A DNA stretch of 64,000 nucleotides from the NCBI GenBank assembly GCA_963770895.1, contig CAVYRF010000002.1:3744001-3808000 (forward strand), written 5' to 3'. Shown piece by piece: positions 28,752-38,472 of this stretch (positions are counted from its first letter, which is position 1; every line of letters starts with the position of its first letter). A program made the translations under genes and the position numbers. This stretch comes from an uncultured Acidobacteriota bacterium. GTDB lineage: Bacteria > Acidobacteriota > Thermoanaerobaculia > Multivoradales > UBA5704. Under the pieces are notes generated by a model. The model was not told where the DNA came from and did not search any database. It was given only the letters and a program-made list of their open reading frames with translations.

Positions 28752-30413
28752 TCAGCTCTTGTTGTCGGGCCAGATGACCAGATACCAGGGTTTGAGGACC
28801 TGGGTGGCGCTGTAAGGGGTGCGCTCCAGCCCTTCCGCCAGCTGTCGTAGATGCAGCAGGCGGTTGGCGTTGGCGAGGTCGGCATCGTCGTCGGTGGACC
28901 AGGTGGAGGCCCAGGCTGGCAGGCGCAGGCTGGCCGGATCGAGACGCGCTTCGACGCGCAGCAGGGTGAGCGGCAGGTAGTTGCCCACCCGGCTCCAGCG
29001 GACGCTGAGATGGCCGGCGGCGGCCGCGGCCGTTGCCGTGGCGGCGGTTGCGGTGGTGGCGGGCGGGTCAGGGTCCGCCCGTCGCGGCGACGCGGCGACG
29101 GCGGCATAGACCAGCGGTTCGCTCACGGTGTCGGCGACAGTGCCGTCGAACTGGAGGCGCTTGAGCTGGAATCCCGGCGGCGGCCAGGCGAGCGTCTGCG
29201 GCGGCGCATACCACGACGGCGGCCGTGCGATCTCGTGGATGGAGAGGCGCTGCAGGACCTGGGTGGAGTTGCTGCCGGTGCTGCCGAACATGGCGGCTCC
29301 GGCGGGGGTGAGCTCGACGCTGGCGGTGAGCCGTACGGCGCCCGGCAGCGGCGGGTCGACGTCCTGACGGCCGTAACGCAGGATCTGGACGTCCTCGCGC
29401 AGCGGCTGGCCGTTGAAGTCGAGCTGCCGCGCGTCGCCGCTTGCCAGGGTCAGGGGATTGGCCTGGGGCGCCGCCCCGCCACCGGCGGCGTGGATCGAAT
29501 AGCCGGCGGTATCGAGCCCGAGCTTGACGTCCTTGATCAGCGGCAGGGTCAACGGCAGCTCGTGGATCAACAGCGGATCGATGCCGGTCGCCTCCATGGC
29601 TTCGCGCACCTTGTTCACCAGGCCCTCCATCTGGCCGCGGTCCTCGGTGAAGACGAACAGCAGGAACGGCCGCAAGCGGTCTGGTGCGGCGGGGTCGACC
29701 GCGCGGTAGAAGCCGACCGCGCCGCCGTCGCGCACCGAGTAGACCGGTCCGGCAAAGCGGCTGCGGATGGCGAAGACGTGAGCGCCCCAGCCGCGGTCGA
29801 TCAGGCTGCCGATGGCGGACTGGACGCAGCGCGCGCCGGCGGCTCCGGCGCAGTGCGCATCGTTTGCCGAGCGCGGCAGGCCGTGCATGCCGTCGGTGAC
29901 GAAAAGGTCGACATGGCGGCCGCCGTTGGGCGCCGCGGCGGCGGCGAACGAGCGGATGGTGGCGGCGACGTCGCTGCGCGGCGCCCGGTCGTAAAAAGCC
30001 GCCGAGCTGGATGCCGCGAGCAGCGCCTGGGCCGCGGGTAGCTCCTCGATCGCGGTATCGACACGGCGCACGGTCAGCGGCTGCGCGGCGTCCAGCTGGT
30101 CGGCCACGCCCTCCAGCGCGCGCAGGGCGCGCGAGTACTCGAAGGCGCCCGCCGCATCGGCGAACCCCCGCATGCTTGCGCTCGCATCCAGGTAGAGCAC
30201 GGGCGCGCCATCGGCGGAACGGGCCGGGGAAGAGTAGAAGGACGGTGGGACGACCTCCGACTCCTGGATCCATTCCATCAACGTATGGTGGGTAAAGGTG
30301 GCATCCGCGGGGGGGCGGCCGCAGTACCCGCAACTCGCCGCCATCAACGCGAGCGCGATCGATCCCTTGCGGATGCGCGCTGATCCCGACCGATGCGCCT
30401 CTTTGTGCTCCAT
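28752..30413 (-). CDS. Exported hypothetical protein with vWA-like MIDAS motifs
   Basis: hydrophobic N-terminus followed by Cys; LYLDASASM (DxSxS) and FVTDG. Confidence 0.6.
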   Translation of the reverse strand: MEHKEAHRSGSARIRKGSIALALMAASCGYCGRPPADATFTHHTLMEWIQESEVVPPSFYSSPARSADGAPVLYLDASASMRGFADAAGAFEYSRALRALEGVADQLDAAQPLTVRRVDTAIEELPAAQALLAASSSAAFYDRAPRSDVAATIRSFAAAAAPNGGRHVDLFVTDGMHGLPRSANDAHCAGAAGARCVQSAIGSLIDRGWGAHVFAIRSRFAGPVYSVRDGGAVGFYRAVDPAAPDRLRPFLLFVFTEDRGQMEGLVNKVREAMEATGIDPLLIHELPLTLPLIKDVKLGLDTAGYSIHAAGGGAAPQANPLTLASGDARQLDFNGQPLREDVQILRYGRQDVDPPLPGAVRLTASVELTPAGAAMFGSTGSNSTQVLQRLSIHEIARPPSWYAPPQTLAWPPPGFQLKRLQFDGTVADTVSEPLVYAAVAASPRRADPDPPATTATAATATAAAAAGHLSVRWSRVGNYLPLTLLRVEARLDPASLRLPAWASTWSTDDDADLANANRLLHLRQLAEGLERTPYSATQVLKPWYLVIWPDNKS

Positions 30414-30597
30414 GGTTTTCTCTTTGCGGAATCAAAGCTCCAGCCTGTCGAACCGCCACCGGCCCCGCCGGGCGGCGATCTGCGGAGCCGCTCACTCACT
30501 AAAAGACGCGAGGCAGGGGCGGCGAAAGGCTCAGGCCCCGGGCGGCGGCATGATCGATGCGCCGGACGCCGGCGCTGGGAGTAGAATTAAATGCGGA

Positions 30598-31164
30598 ATG
30601 TCTCTGCCACCAAGTGAGGTGACGCGGCTCCTCAAGGAATGGAGCGAAGGCGACCCCTCCGCCTTGGACGCACTGGTGCCCCTGGTCCTTGACGACCTGC
30701 GCAGCCTGGCGCGCAAGCAGTTTCGCTGGGAGCGCGCCGACCACACACTGCAGCCGACGGCGCTGATCAACGAGGTGTACATGCGCCTGGGCGGCCAGCG
30801 CCACGTGCAGTGGGACGGGCGCGGCCAGTTCTTCGCCTTCGCCGCGACCCTGATGCGCCGCATCCTGGTCGATCATGCCAAGGCCAAACGCACGGTCAAG
30901 CGCGGTCTGGGGATGCCCGCGCTGTCGCTGGACGAAGCGATCGCGGTGCCTGGTGAAGACAAAGTGGACCTCAGCGCTCTGGACCAGGCCTTGAGCCGCC
31001 TGGCGCGGTTCGACCCCCGGCTGAGCCAGCTGGTCGAGCTGCGGTTTTTCGTCGGTCTGACCAACGAGGAGATCGCCGACGTGCTCGAAATCTCGGTCTC
31101 TACGGTCAAACGCGAATGGCAGATCGCCAAGACCTGGCTTTACAACGAAATGAACCGCACCTGA
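30598..31164 (+). CDS. ECF RNA polymerase sigma factor (kinase-associated TIGR02999-like group)
   Basis: VTRLL.EWSEGD, HTLQPTALINEVY, MRRILVDHA, VELRFFVGL..EEIA, TVKREW. Confidence 0.93.
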   Translation: MSLPPSEVTRLLKEWSEGDPSALDALVPLVLDDLRSLARKQFRWERADHTLQPTALINEVYMRLGGQRHVQWDGRGQFFAFAATLMRRILVDHAKAKRTVKRGLGMPALSLDEAIAVPGEDKVDLSALDQALSRLARFDPRLSQLVELRFFVGLTNEEIADVLEISVSTVKREWQIAKTWLYNEMNRT

Positions 31165-31301
31165 CGATCGCGGCGCCGGGGCGCCGCCTTGGGGCCGAGC
31201 CCGGAGCGCCCGGTTCCTCGCGTCGGATGGAGAGGGGTAGTGGCCTGTAGTCATACCTCCCACTGCCGCGACGGCAGTTCTTGCCAGGATGTGAGGATAC
31301 G

Positions 31302-33800
31302 GTGACGCCGGAGCGCTGGCAGCGCGTCAAGGTTCTGTTTGCCGCGGCGCAGGAGCTGGAACTGGGGGAGCGGGAGACCTTCGTCGTCAACGCCAGCGAC
31401 GGCGATCTCTCGGTCAGCCGCGAGGTGCTGGACCTGCTGGCCGCCGCCACCGCGGTCGAGGCGCGCGACTTCATCGAGGAGCCCCCTCTTGGCCTGCTCG
31501 CGGCGGGCGGCGGCGCGCTGGCGCACGGTTACCGCCTGGGTTCCTATCGCATCGATCGCGAGCTCGGCAGGGGTGGGATGGGTGCGGTCTACCTGGCCCT
31601 GCGCGCCGACGACGAGTACGACAAGCAGGTTGCGATAAAAATACTGCGCTGGGGTATCAGCAGCGAAGATCTCGTGCAGCGCTTTCGCCAAGAGCGGCAG
31701 ATCCTTGCCAGTCTGGAACACCCCAACATTGCGGCGCTGCTCGACGGCGGCACCGCCAGCGGCGGGCTGTCCTATTTCGTCATGGAGTACATCGACGGCG
31801 TGCCCATCGACGAGTACTGCAGCGCGCACCACCTGCCGCAGCGCACCCGCCTGGAGCTGGTCCGCGTGGTGTGCGCGGCGGTGCACGTGGCACATCGCAG
31901 CCTGATCGTGCATCGCGATCTGAAACCGGCAAACATCCTGGTGACCGCTGATGGCGTGCCGAAGCTGCTCGACTTCGGGATCGCCAAGCTGCTGCAGGTT
32001 CCCGATACCGCGACCCAGATGCTGATGACGCCGGCCTATGCCAGTCCCGAGCAGTTGAGCGGCGGACCGATCACCACCTCGACCGACGTGTACGGGCTGG
32101 GATTGCTGCTGCACCTGCTGCTGATCGGCCGCCTGCCGCTGCGCCCGTGGCAAGTGGAAGGCGCCGGCGCCCAGGGTGACACCACGGCACCGGCAGATGC
32201 GGCGCCGCCGCGGCGGGAGGCCGGCGGCAAGGAGCCGCCGCGATTGCGCGGCGACCTGGCCAGGATCGTCGCCATGGCGCTGCAGCACGATCCGGCCAAG
32301 CGCTATCCCTCGGCGCAGGCGTTGGCCAACGACATCGGGCGCTATCTGTCCGGCCAGCCGGTGGCGGCGCGCGAAGACAGCTGGGGCTATCGCACCGCCA
32401 GGTTCGTGCAGCGCCATCGGGCGGCAGTCGCCGCGGCGGCGCTGATGCTGGCGCTGATCATCGGGGCTGGCATTACCACCGCCCTGTCGCTGCGCAAGTC
32501 GATTCTCCAACAGCGCCGCGCCGAGGCGATCTCCTCGTTCCTGGAGCAGCTGTTCGCCATCCCGGACCCCAGCCGGTCCCGCGGCGGAACCGTCACCGCG
32601 CGGGAGGTGCTCGATCGCGGGTCGCGGGACATCCAAAACAAGTTGCAGGATCAACCCGAGATCCGTGCCGCGCTGATGGAGACGATGGTCAAGGTGTACG
32701 AAAACCTCGGTCTCTACAGGCCGGCGCTCGACCTCGCTCAGAAAACGGTGGCGCTGCGCCGACAGACCCTGGGCCATGACGACCCCGATCTGGCGGACAG
32801 CCTGCACAGCCTGGCCAGCGCGCTGCGTGAGTTGGGTGACAACGGAGCTGCCGAGCCCTACTTGCGTGAGGCATTGACGATCCAGCACCGCCACGCCCAC
32901 GGCGACGATCCCGAGCTTGCGCGAGGCATGAACAACTTCGCCTCGCTGCTGCAAGACAACGGACATTTCGCCGAAGCAGAGCATGTGTATCGCGACGCTC
33001 TGGACATGAAGCGGCGCCTTAACAAGGGCGACAACGAGGACGTGGCGATGGGTCTGCACAACCTCGCCGAGTTTCTGGCATGGGATCGGAAGAACTATGC
33101 CGCCGCCGAGCCTCTGTATTGGGAATCCATTGCCATGCGCCAGCGGCTGGTGGGACCGGCACCCGACCCCCGCGTCGCCAAGACCTTGAACGACCTGGGG
33201 AACCTGTACCAGGACAAAAAAGACCTGATCGGCGCCGAGCGGCTCTACCGGCAGGCGCTCGCCATGCGTCTGGCGCTCAATAAGAACAGCCCCGAAGTGG
33301 CTCGCACCCTTAACAACCTGGCATCGCTGCGCCTGCAGCGCGGCGATGCGCGCGATGCGCAGACGCTGTTCCAGCGGGCGCTGGACGTCTACGACCAGGG
33401 TCACCTGGATCAACATTCTCTCGATCACGCCGTCATCTTGCGCAATCTTGCCGACCTGTTGTGCCGCCAGGAACCGGCGCAAGGCGAGCCGCTGGCGCGC
33501 CAGGCGCTGTCGGCCTGGCAGCACGCCAAACCCGGTAATTGGCGCATCGCCGACGCCGAAAGCGTGTTGGGTAGCTGTCTGGCCGGCCTGCACCGCGAGG
33601 CGGAGGCCGAGCCGCTGGTGAGCGCCGGCTACAAGCACCTGGCGGCGCAGCGCGGCGCCGACGATATGTACACGCAACAGGCGCTGGTCCGCGCGCAGGC
33701 GTTTTATGCGACGCGGCCCGCCGACGAACGGGCGCGCGCCACGCGCTCCCTGATGCAGGCTGCTGCCGCGGCGCCGGCAGCGTCTCCTTCCTCTCGCTGA
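31302..33800 (+). CDS. Membrane Ser/Thr protein kinase with C-terminal TPR repeats
   Basis: TPERWQRV, LGRGGMGAVY, VAIK, HRDLKPANIL, DFGIAK, YASPEQ; TM helix; LNNLA-type TPRs. Confidence 0.93.
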   Translation: MTPERWQRVKVLFAAAQELELGERETFVVNASDGDLSVSREVLDLLAAATAVEARDFIEEPPLGLLAAGGGALAHGYRLGSYRIDRELGRGGMGAVYLALRADDEYDKQVAIKILRWGISSEDLVQRFRQERQILASLEHPNIAALLDGGTASGGLSYFVMEYIDGVPIDEYCSAHHLPQRTRLELVRVVCAAVHVAHRSLIVHRDLKPANILVTADGVPKLLDFGIAKLLQVPDTATQMLMTPAYASPEQLSGGPITTSTDVYGLGLLLHLLLIGRLPLRPWQVEGAGAQGDTTAPADAAPPRREAGGKEPPRLRGDLARIVAMALQHDPAKRYPSAQALANDIGRYLSGQPVAAREDSWGYRTARFVQRHRAAVAAAALMLALIIGAGITTALSLRKSILQQRRAEAISSFLEQLFAIPDPSRSRGGTVTAREVLDRGSRDIQNKLQDQPEIRAALMETMVKVYENLGLYRPALDLAQKTVALRRQTLGHDDPDLADSLHSLASALRELGDNGAAEPYLREALTIQHRHAHGDDPELARGMNNFASLLQDNGHFAEAEHVYRDALDMKRRLNKGDNEDVAMGLHNLAEFLAWDRKNYAAAEPLYWESIAMRQRLVGPAPDPRVAKTLNDLGNLYQDKKDLIGAERLYRQALAMRLALNKNSPEVARTLNNLASLRLQRGDARDAQTLFQRALDVYDQGHLDQHSLDHAVILRNLADLLCRQEPAQGEPLARQALSAWQHAKPGNWRIADAESVLGSCLAGLHREAEAEPLVSAGYKHLAAQRGADDMYTQQALVRAQAFYATRPADERARATRSLMQAAAAAPAASPSSR

Positions 33801-33900
33801 TCTTTCGGCGCCGCGCCGTCGGCGCGCCTGGCCCGCGCCGCCGAATGGCGGCGCCAACCACTACCGATTCCTCGGATACAGGGCACTAGCCGGCGGCGGC

Positions 33901-33940
33901 CGCGACGTCGCCGCCCATGCCGCGACGTCGCCGCCCATGC
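33901..33940. repeat. 20-bp perfect tandem duplication
   Basis: cgcgacgtcgccgcccatgc x2 in intergenic region. Confidence 0.85.
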
Positions 33941-34094
33941 CGCGGCGCCGCGCGCGTTGCGGCCTTTCCGCCATAAGCCAGAAGCTGCCGTTACAACCCC
34001 ATTGGAGGGCGATGCGGAACGCCTTTCCGATCGGGGATCCCCAGACCCGCAAGACGTCGTGCCACAAGACCCTGAGTGGTCTGAGGGAGAAAGT

Positions 34095-34793
34095 ATGCGC
34101 CTGCGCCTCGTGCATCATCAAAAGGTTTCTTTTGCGATCGCCGCCGCCGTCCTGGCGGCCAGCCTGACCACTGCCGCCACCGCCGCGACCCGGCGGCCGG
34201 TGGCCCCCGCCGATACCCAGGAGTGGGGCAACGACATCATTCGCGTCAGCTCGGCCGATCCCGGCACGGCGGCGGTCGGGCCGTCGGGGGCATCGATCGC
34301 CAGCACCTCGGGAGGCGGTGACGACATGTCCGCCGTGCACCGCCGCACGCCGGGCGCCAGGACGGCGGACACCACTCCCACCGCCGACTACTGTCTGGAG
34401 CTGGACCTGTCCGACGATTCGTCGGGTCCCTATGTCGTGCAGCTGTATCTCGACACTTCGGACGACGAATCCACGGCCGCGGTACGGCGGCGGGCGCGCA
34501 GCGCCAAGCGCCTGGCCACCCTGCACCACACCTCGCCGCAGGACGATACGCTGAGCCTGACCTTCAACCTTGACACCACCGCCGCCGGCACGGTGCTGAC
34601 CACCGGCGACATCGGTCTGATCGGGGCGATCTACGATGGCGACGACACTCTGGTGGCATCCGACGACGATTCTGGCGACCGCATCTCGGCGAGCCTTGCC
34701 AGCGGTTCGTACACTCTGGTGATCCAGGGAGGTGACCAGCTTGCCGGCGACTACGTGGTGACCGCCTCGCAGGGAACCTGCAGCGACGACTAG
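34095..34793 (+). CDS. Secreted acidic protein with PPC-like domain
   Basis: GGGAG RBS; signal peptide; TTGDIGL.G.IYD....VASDDDSG..ISASLASGSYTLVI. Confidence 0.65.
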   Translation: MRLRLVHHQKVSFAIAAAVLAASLTTAATAATRRPVAPADTQEWGNDIIRVSSADPGTAAVGPSGASIASTSGGGDDMSAVHRRTPGARTADTTPTADYCLELDLSDDSSGPYVVQLYLDTSDDESTAAVRRRARSAKRLATLHHTSPQDDTLSLTFNLDTTAAGTVLTTGDIGLIGAIYDGDDTLVASDDDSGDRISASLASGSYTLVIQGGDQLAGDYVVTASQGTCSDD

Positions 34794-34834
34794 CAGATCG
34801 CTCCAACCATCATCACCTGTAGTTGTCGGTTGGG

Positions 34835-34870
34835 ACCGGCCGCGCCGAGGGTGCGGCCGGTTTCTTTTTT
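34835..34870 (+). terminator. Rho-independent terminator
   Basis: accggccgcgcc-gag-ggtgcggccggt hairpin followed by ttctttttt. Confidence 0.8.
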
Positions 34871-34978
34871 GGGCCGGCCGGGGCAGCGCGCCGAGCGCTT
34901 GCTTGATCGTTGTTGCGTGCATGCGGCAAGGCATGCGTGTTGACTTGCGACGCTGCGACAAGTGCTAAGATTATTGAA

Positions 34979-36130
34979 ATGGTTACGCCACGGGCGCGAC
35001 TGTTCACCGAGTTCGTCCGCGCCCTGGCTGCCGGCGTGCCGATGGATGGCGGCCGGCTGCACGAGCTGCGCAGTGCGCTCCAGGCAGCGCTGCGCAGCGA
35101 GATGCGGCGCCGGGGGCTGTGGGACAGCCCGCCCGGCTACCTGGGAATCTACGGCTGGCGGACCTGGAGCGAGAGCTCGGCGAGCGGCGGCAGCCCGCTC
35201 GAAGAGCTGCTCGACGAATGCTACACCTACATCTTCGTCGACCGCTTGCGCAGCCTCACGGCTCAGCTTGCGGTCAAGGCGAACGTCGACGGGCTGGTAT
35301 TCCTCGATATCAAGCACTTCTTGCACGAACGTCAAAAAGAGCACGATCCGCTGGGCTTCCGGGTCTTCGAGATGGTCTGGGCCGCGGTGCAGCACTGCCT
35401 TGCCGAAGGCCTGCTGCTGCTGATCGAAGGCGACCAAAGAGTCCGCAACGACACGGTCCTGGGCTTTGACGCCGGCGCGCCGCCGCCGCAACAGCCGGTC
35501 GGGCTGCGCGCGTGGGCGGCACGGATCGATGACGAGTTGCTCCCCGATCTGATCACTGCGCGCGGCGAGCGCCGAGATGAGGTAATATTAGAACTGGCGC
35601 GAAATCTGAGCGTTTTGCACCGAGAGGGGGTGACCGTCTTCCGCTTCAAAGACCTGATCGATCCATTCAAGGACGATGTGCGCGATCGCTGGGCGGCGAT
35701 CCTGCGCGCCGAGGGCGGCCGTGAGGTCGAGGACGGCGACGACGCCCTGTCGGCGGCATGGGTCGAGCGCCCGGGAGTGCAGTACGAGGCGCGCGAAAGC
35801 TTCCGCGCCCTGGTCACGTGCGTGCTGCAAGGGCTTGAGCGGCTGGACGTGCCGGCAATGACTCGCACGTACCTATCCACGCTGTGGCAGTACCTGCGCC
35901 TTTACAGCGTCGAAGGCGGCGGCGACCCGGCTGCAGGCGCCGCCGCGGCGCAGCCGGCGGATTCTCAGGTGCGCCGGCGGCGCCGCTCGGGGCGCCCTTC
36001 GGACCGCACTCTCGCCGATCTGCTGCACATCCCGCGCGATCAATTGCCGCAGCTGTTCGCCACGCTCGGCCGCCTGGTTCAGGGATGCAGGTCGAGCGAC
36101 GGCGCGCGCGTTCGGGAACTGACGGCATGA
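34979..36130 (+). CDS. Hypothetical protein, possibly a divergent ECF-sigma-like regulator
   Basis: region-2-like LEELLDECYTYIF...GLVFLDIKHFLHERQK; C-terminal HTH-like SDRTLADLLHIPRDQLPQL. Confidence 0.6.
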   Translation: MVTPRARLFTEFVRALAAGVPMDGGRLHELRSALQAALRSEMRRRGLWDSPPGYLGIYGWRTWSESSASGGSPLEELLDECYTYIFVDRLRSLTAQLAVKANVDGLVFLDIKHFLHERQKEHDPLGFRVFEMVWAAVQHCLAEGLLLLIEGDQRVRNDTVLGFDAGAPPPQQPVGLRAWAARIDDELLPDLITARGERRDEVILELARNLSVLHREGVTVFRFKDLIDPFKDDVRDRWAAILRAEGGREVEDGDDALSAAWVERPGVQYEARESFRALVTCVLQGLERLDVPAMTRTYLSTLWQYLRLYSVEGGGDPAAGAAAAQPADSQVRRRRRSGRPSDRTLADLLHIPRDQLPQLFATLGRLVQGCRSSDGARVRELTA

Positions 36131-37119
36131 GGGTCGCCGCTCGCGGCACCACTCCGCGCGAGCCCCGCGCCGATCCTGCCGGCGTGCCGGGTGCGCCCGG
36201 CGATCTCTTCGTCTTGCGGCAGACGGCGCACTGCCCGTTGGAATGGGCGGTGGTGGGCAGCGACGGCGGCTCTCCCGCCCGGCTGCAGGTGGTTCCCGCC
36301 GACACCCATCCGGCGGCGGGCAGCGCCGACGTCAGGGTTCCGGCGCGCGCTGCCTCCGGCCCGCTCAGCCTGCGCTGCGGCTTCGCGCTTTGGGTGCCCG
36401 CGGCCTTTCTGAGCCAGGGCGTGCGGAGCGGCCGCCTGGACGATGCGGCACTCGCCCAGGCGCAACGCCGCATCGCGGACCTGCAGCAGGGGAACCCGAC
36501 CGGTACGCCGCTGGACCGCGAGGCGGAGGGCGACCCTGAATACCTGGATTGGATGAACGACAGCGTCGAACCGGCGGCGGCGGCGATGCGCGCCGCCAGA
36601 GCGGATTGGGAAGCCGCACGCGGCGCCGGGCGGAACCAGGTCGCCATGCCGCACCGCCTGCCGCTGCAAGCCAGCTCGTGGGCCGCCGCCGCCCTCCTCC
36701 TGGTTGCGCTTGGGCTGTCGTGGACGACCTTTTCGCTGCAGCGCAAGATCGACGGGCTGTCGCAGCCGCTCTTCGATCTGCCGAACGGCGAAATCACGTT
36801 CGGCTCTCCCACCCGCGGCCCCGACGCCGGTTCCCTGGTCCTGACGGTGCCGCCGCAGACCGGTCACGTCCTGCTCACCCTCGTGATCGGCCCCAAGGTG
36901 CCAACCGGCGGCGCCGGCCGCTTGGAGATCCAAACCCTCCAGGGCGCCGCAATCTGGCACAGCCCGCCGTTCCAGCTCAAGGCCAGCGCCGAGATCAACA
37001 TGGTGGTGTCGCGCGCTCTGCTGCCCGACACGTCCTATCGCCTCGCCCTGTTCGGCCAGGGCGGGGACCGCACCGATCCGCTGGAGATTTACAACCTGGA
37101 GTTTGCGCCCCCGCACTAG
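36127..37119 (+). CDS. Single-pass membrane hypothetical protein (anti-sigma-like topology)
   Basis: ATGA overlap with upstream gene; central TM WAAAALLLVALGLSW; beta-rich C-terminal domain. Confidence 0.65.
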   Translation: MRVAARGTTPREPRADPAGVPGAPGDLFVLRQTAHCPLEWAVVGSDGGSPARLQVVPADTHPAAGSADVRVPARAASGPLSLRCGFALWVPAAFLSQGVRSGRLDDAALAQAQRRIADLQQGNPTGTPLDREAEGDPEYLDWMNDSVEPAAAAMRAARADWEAARGAGRNQVAMPHRLPLQASSWAAAALLLVALGLSWTTFSLQRKIDGLSQPLFDLPNGEITFGSPTRGPDAGSLVLTVPPQTGHVLLTLVIGPKVPTGGAGRLEIQTLQGAAIWHSPPFQLKASAEINMVVSRALLPDTSYRLALFGQGGDRTDPLEIYNLEFAPPH

Positions 37120-37421
37120 TTCTAGCTGCCCGCGCGTCGCAGCCCTGCGCGGGGCCGCCGACGACCTCGATCTGTAACCGGGACGGGCGGAAAAGGAAGC
37201 GGTCCAGGCGGCGATCCCTGCAAATATCCCTACCCGCCCGGACCTGCTTCCGAAAGGCGCGCCATCCAAGCAACGCGACAACCAGCGCCACAACGGCTCA
37301 TCTCCGCAAGGCCGCCGCCGTTGCCGGTGGGGCGCCGCGCACCCGTCGAGTGGCCGCCGGGCGATCGGAGCGATACCCATCCGGCTTTTGCTGGCTCGGA
37401 ATTCCACATAGACTGCGGTGC

Positions 37422-37979
37422 ATGAACCATATCTTCCCCTGGGTCTCGGCTGGTTCGCCCGCGGCGATCGTGGTGGGCCTGGTGCTGCTGCTGTTGGGGC
37501 GGCGGCTGTTCTGGCTGTTCGTCGGTGTGGTCGGGTTCATGGCGGGCTGGTACTTCGTGATGGGGTCCTGGAACCACGCGCCGGGCGGGACGCAGCTGCT
37601 GCTGGCCCTGGGTGCCGGGGTGCTGGGAATCATCCTGGCGCTGGTGGCGCAAAAGATCGCCGTGGCGCTGGCAGGGTTCGCCGTGGGATGGTCGGCGGCG
37701 GCCTGGCTGCTCGGGTGGCAGGCGATGATGCTGCGCCCCGGCCAGCTGGCCGTGCTGGTGGCGGCCGGCGTGATCGCCGCGGTGCTGGCCGTGGTGGTGT
37801 TCGATTTCGCCCTGATCTTCTACTCGGCGCTTGCCGGGGCCAGCCTGATCGTGGAACATGTCCGAGCGCACCATCCCTTCAGCGGCGACGTGCGAATGGT
37901 GGCGCTGGTCGTGCTGGTGGTGATCGGCATCGCGGTCCAGATGCGCTTGCTGGAGCGAGGCCGCGCCCGCGAAGCCTGA
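37422..37979 (+). CDS. Integral membrane protein (DUF4203/TM7S3-like)
   Basis: GLVLLLLGRRLFWLFVGVVGF; multiple TM helices; SALAGASLI. Confidence 0.75.
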   Translation: MNHIFPWVSAGSPAAIVVGLVLLLLGRRLFWLFVGVVGFMAGWYFVMGSWNHAPGGTQLLLALGAGVLGIILALVAQKIAVALAGFAVGWSAAAWLLGWQAMMLRPGQLAVLVAAGVIAAVLAVVVFDFALIFYSALAGASLIVEHVRAHHPFSGDVRMVALVVLVVIGIAVQMRLLERGRAREA

Positions 37980-38057
37980 TCTGCCCTCGCCGTCTCGCGC
38001 AATGGGGGGCAAGGTCTGTCGCGACAGCGCGTGCCGTCCGCGCAGTGCGCGTCGTTG

Positions 38058-38089
38058 CCTTGACAGTCTAGGCACAGTTGATCTATGCT
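38058..38089 (+). promoter_or_regulatory. Sigma70-type promoter overlapped by near-palindromic operator upstream of padR
   Basis: TTGACA(38060)-N18-TATGCT(38084); CCTTGACAGTCTAGG imperfect inverted repeat over the -35. Confidence 0.6.
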
Positions 38090-38123
38090 TGCCGTACATA
38101 CCAAGGAGGCTCGACCGAACCAC

Positions 38124-38459
38124 ATGTCCCAGCAGCAGCCGCTTCCTCTTCTCCAGGGCACCCTGGATGCGCTCATCCTGAAGACCCTGAGCCGCGGGCC
38201 ACGCCACGGCTACGCGATCGCGCGCTGGCTCGAAGAGGCCACCGACGACGCGCTGCAAATCGAAGAAGGCTCGCTGTACCCGGCCCTCTATCGCATGGAG
38301 CGCCGGGGCTGGATCGAAGCCGAATGGGGCATCTCCGAGCTCAACCGCAAGGCCAAGTTCTATCGCCTCACGGCAGCCGGCCGTTCCCAGCTGGAAACCG
38401 AAACCGAACAGTGGCAAAGCTTCACCGCCGCGGTGTCCAAGGTGTTGCTGCCGGCCTGA
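38124..38459 (+). CDS. PadR family transcriptional regulator (acidobacterial type)
   Basis: LLQGTLDALILKTL..GPRHGYAIA, EEGSLYPALYRME, WGISELNRKAKFY. Confidence 0.93.
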   Translation: MSQQQPLPLLQGTLDALILKTLSRGPRHGYAIARWLEEATDDALQIEEGSLYPALYRMERRGWIEAEWGISELNRKAKFYRLTAAGRSQLETETEQWQSFTAAVSKVLLPA

Positions 38460-38472
38460 CTCGTTCGACCTG

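Noticed and set aside
33901-33940. CRISPR-like repeat
   Set aside because: Only two abutting 20-bp copies, no spacers and no cas genes
34940-34971. Canonical TTGACT/-10 sigma70 promoter
   Set aside because: The spacer to TAAGAT is 20 bp, too long; only the extended -10 is kept as a possibility
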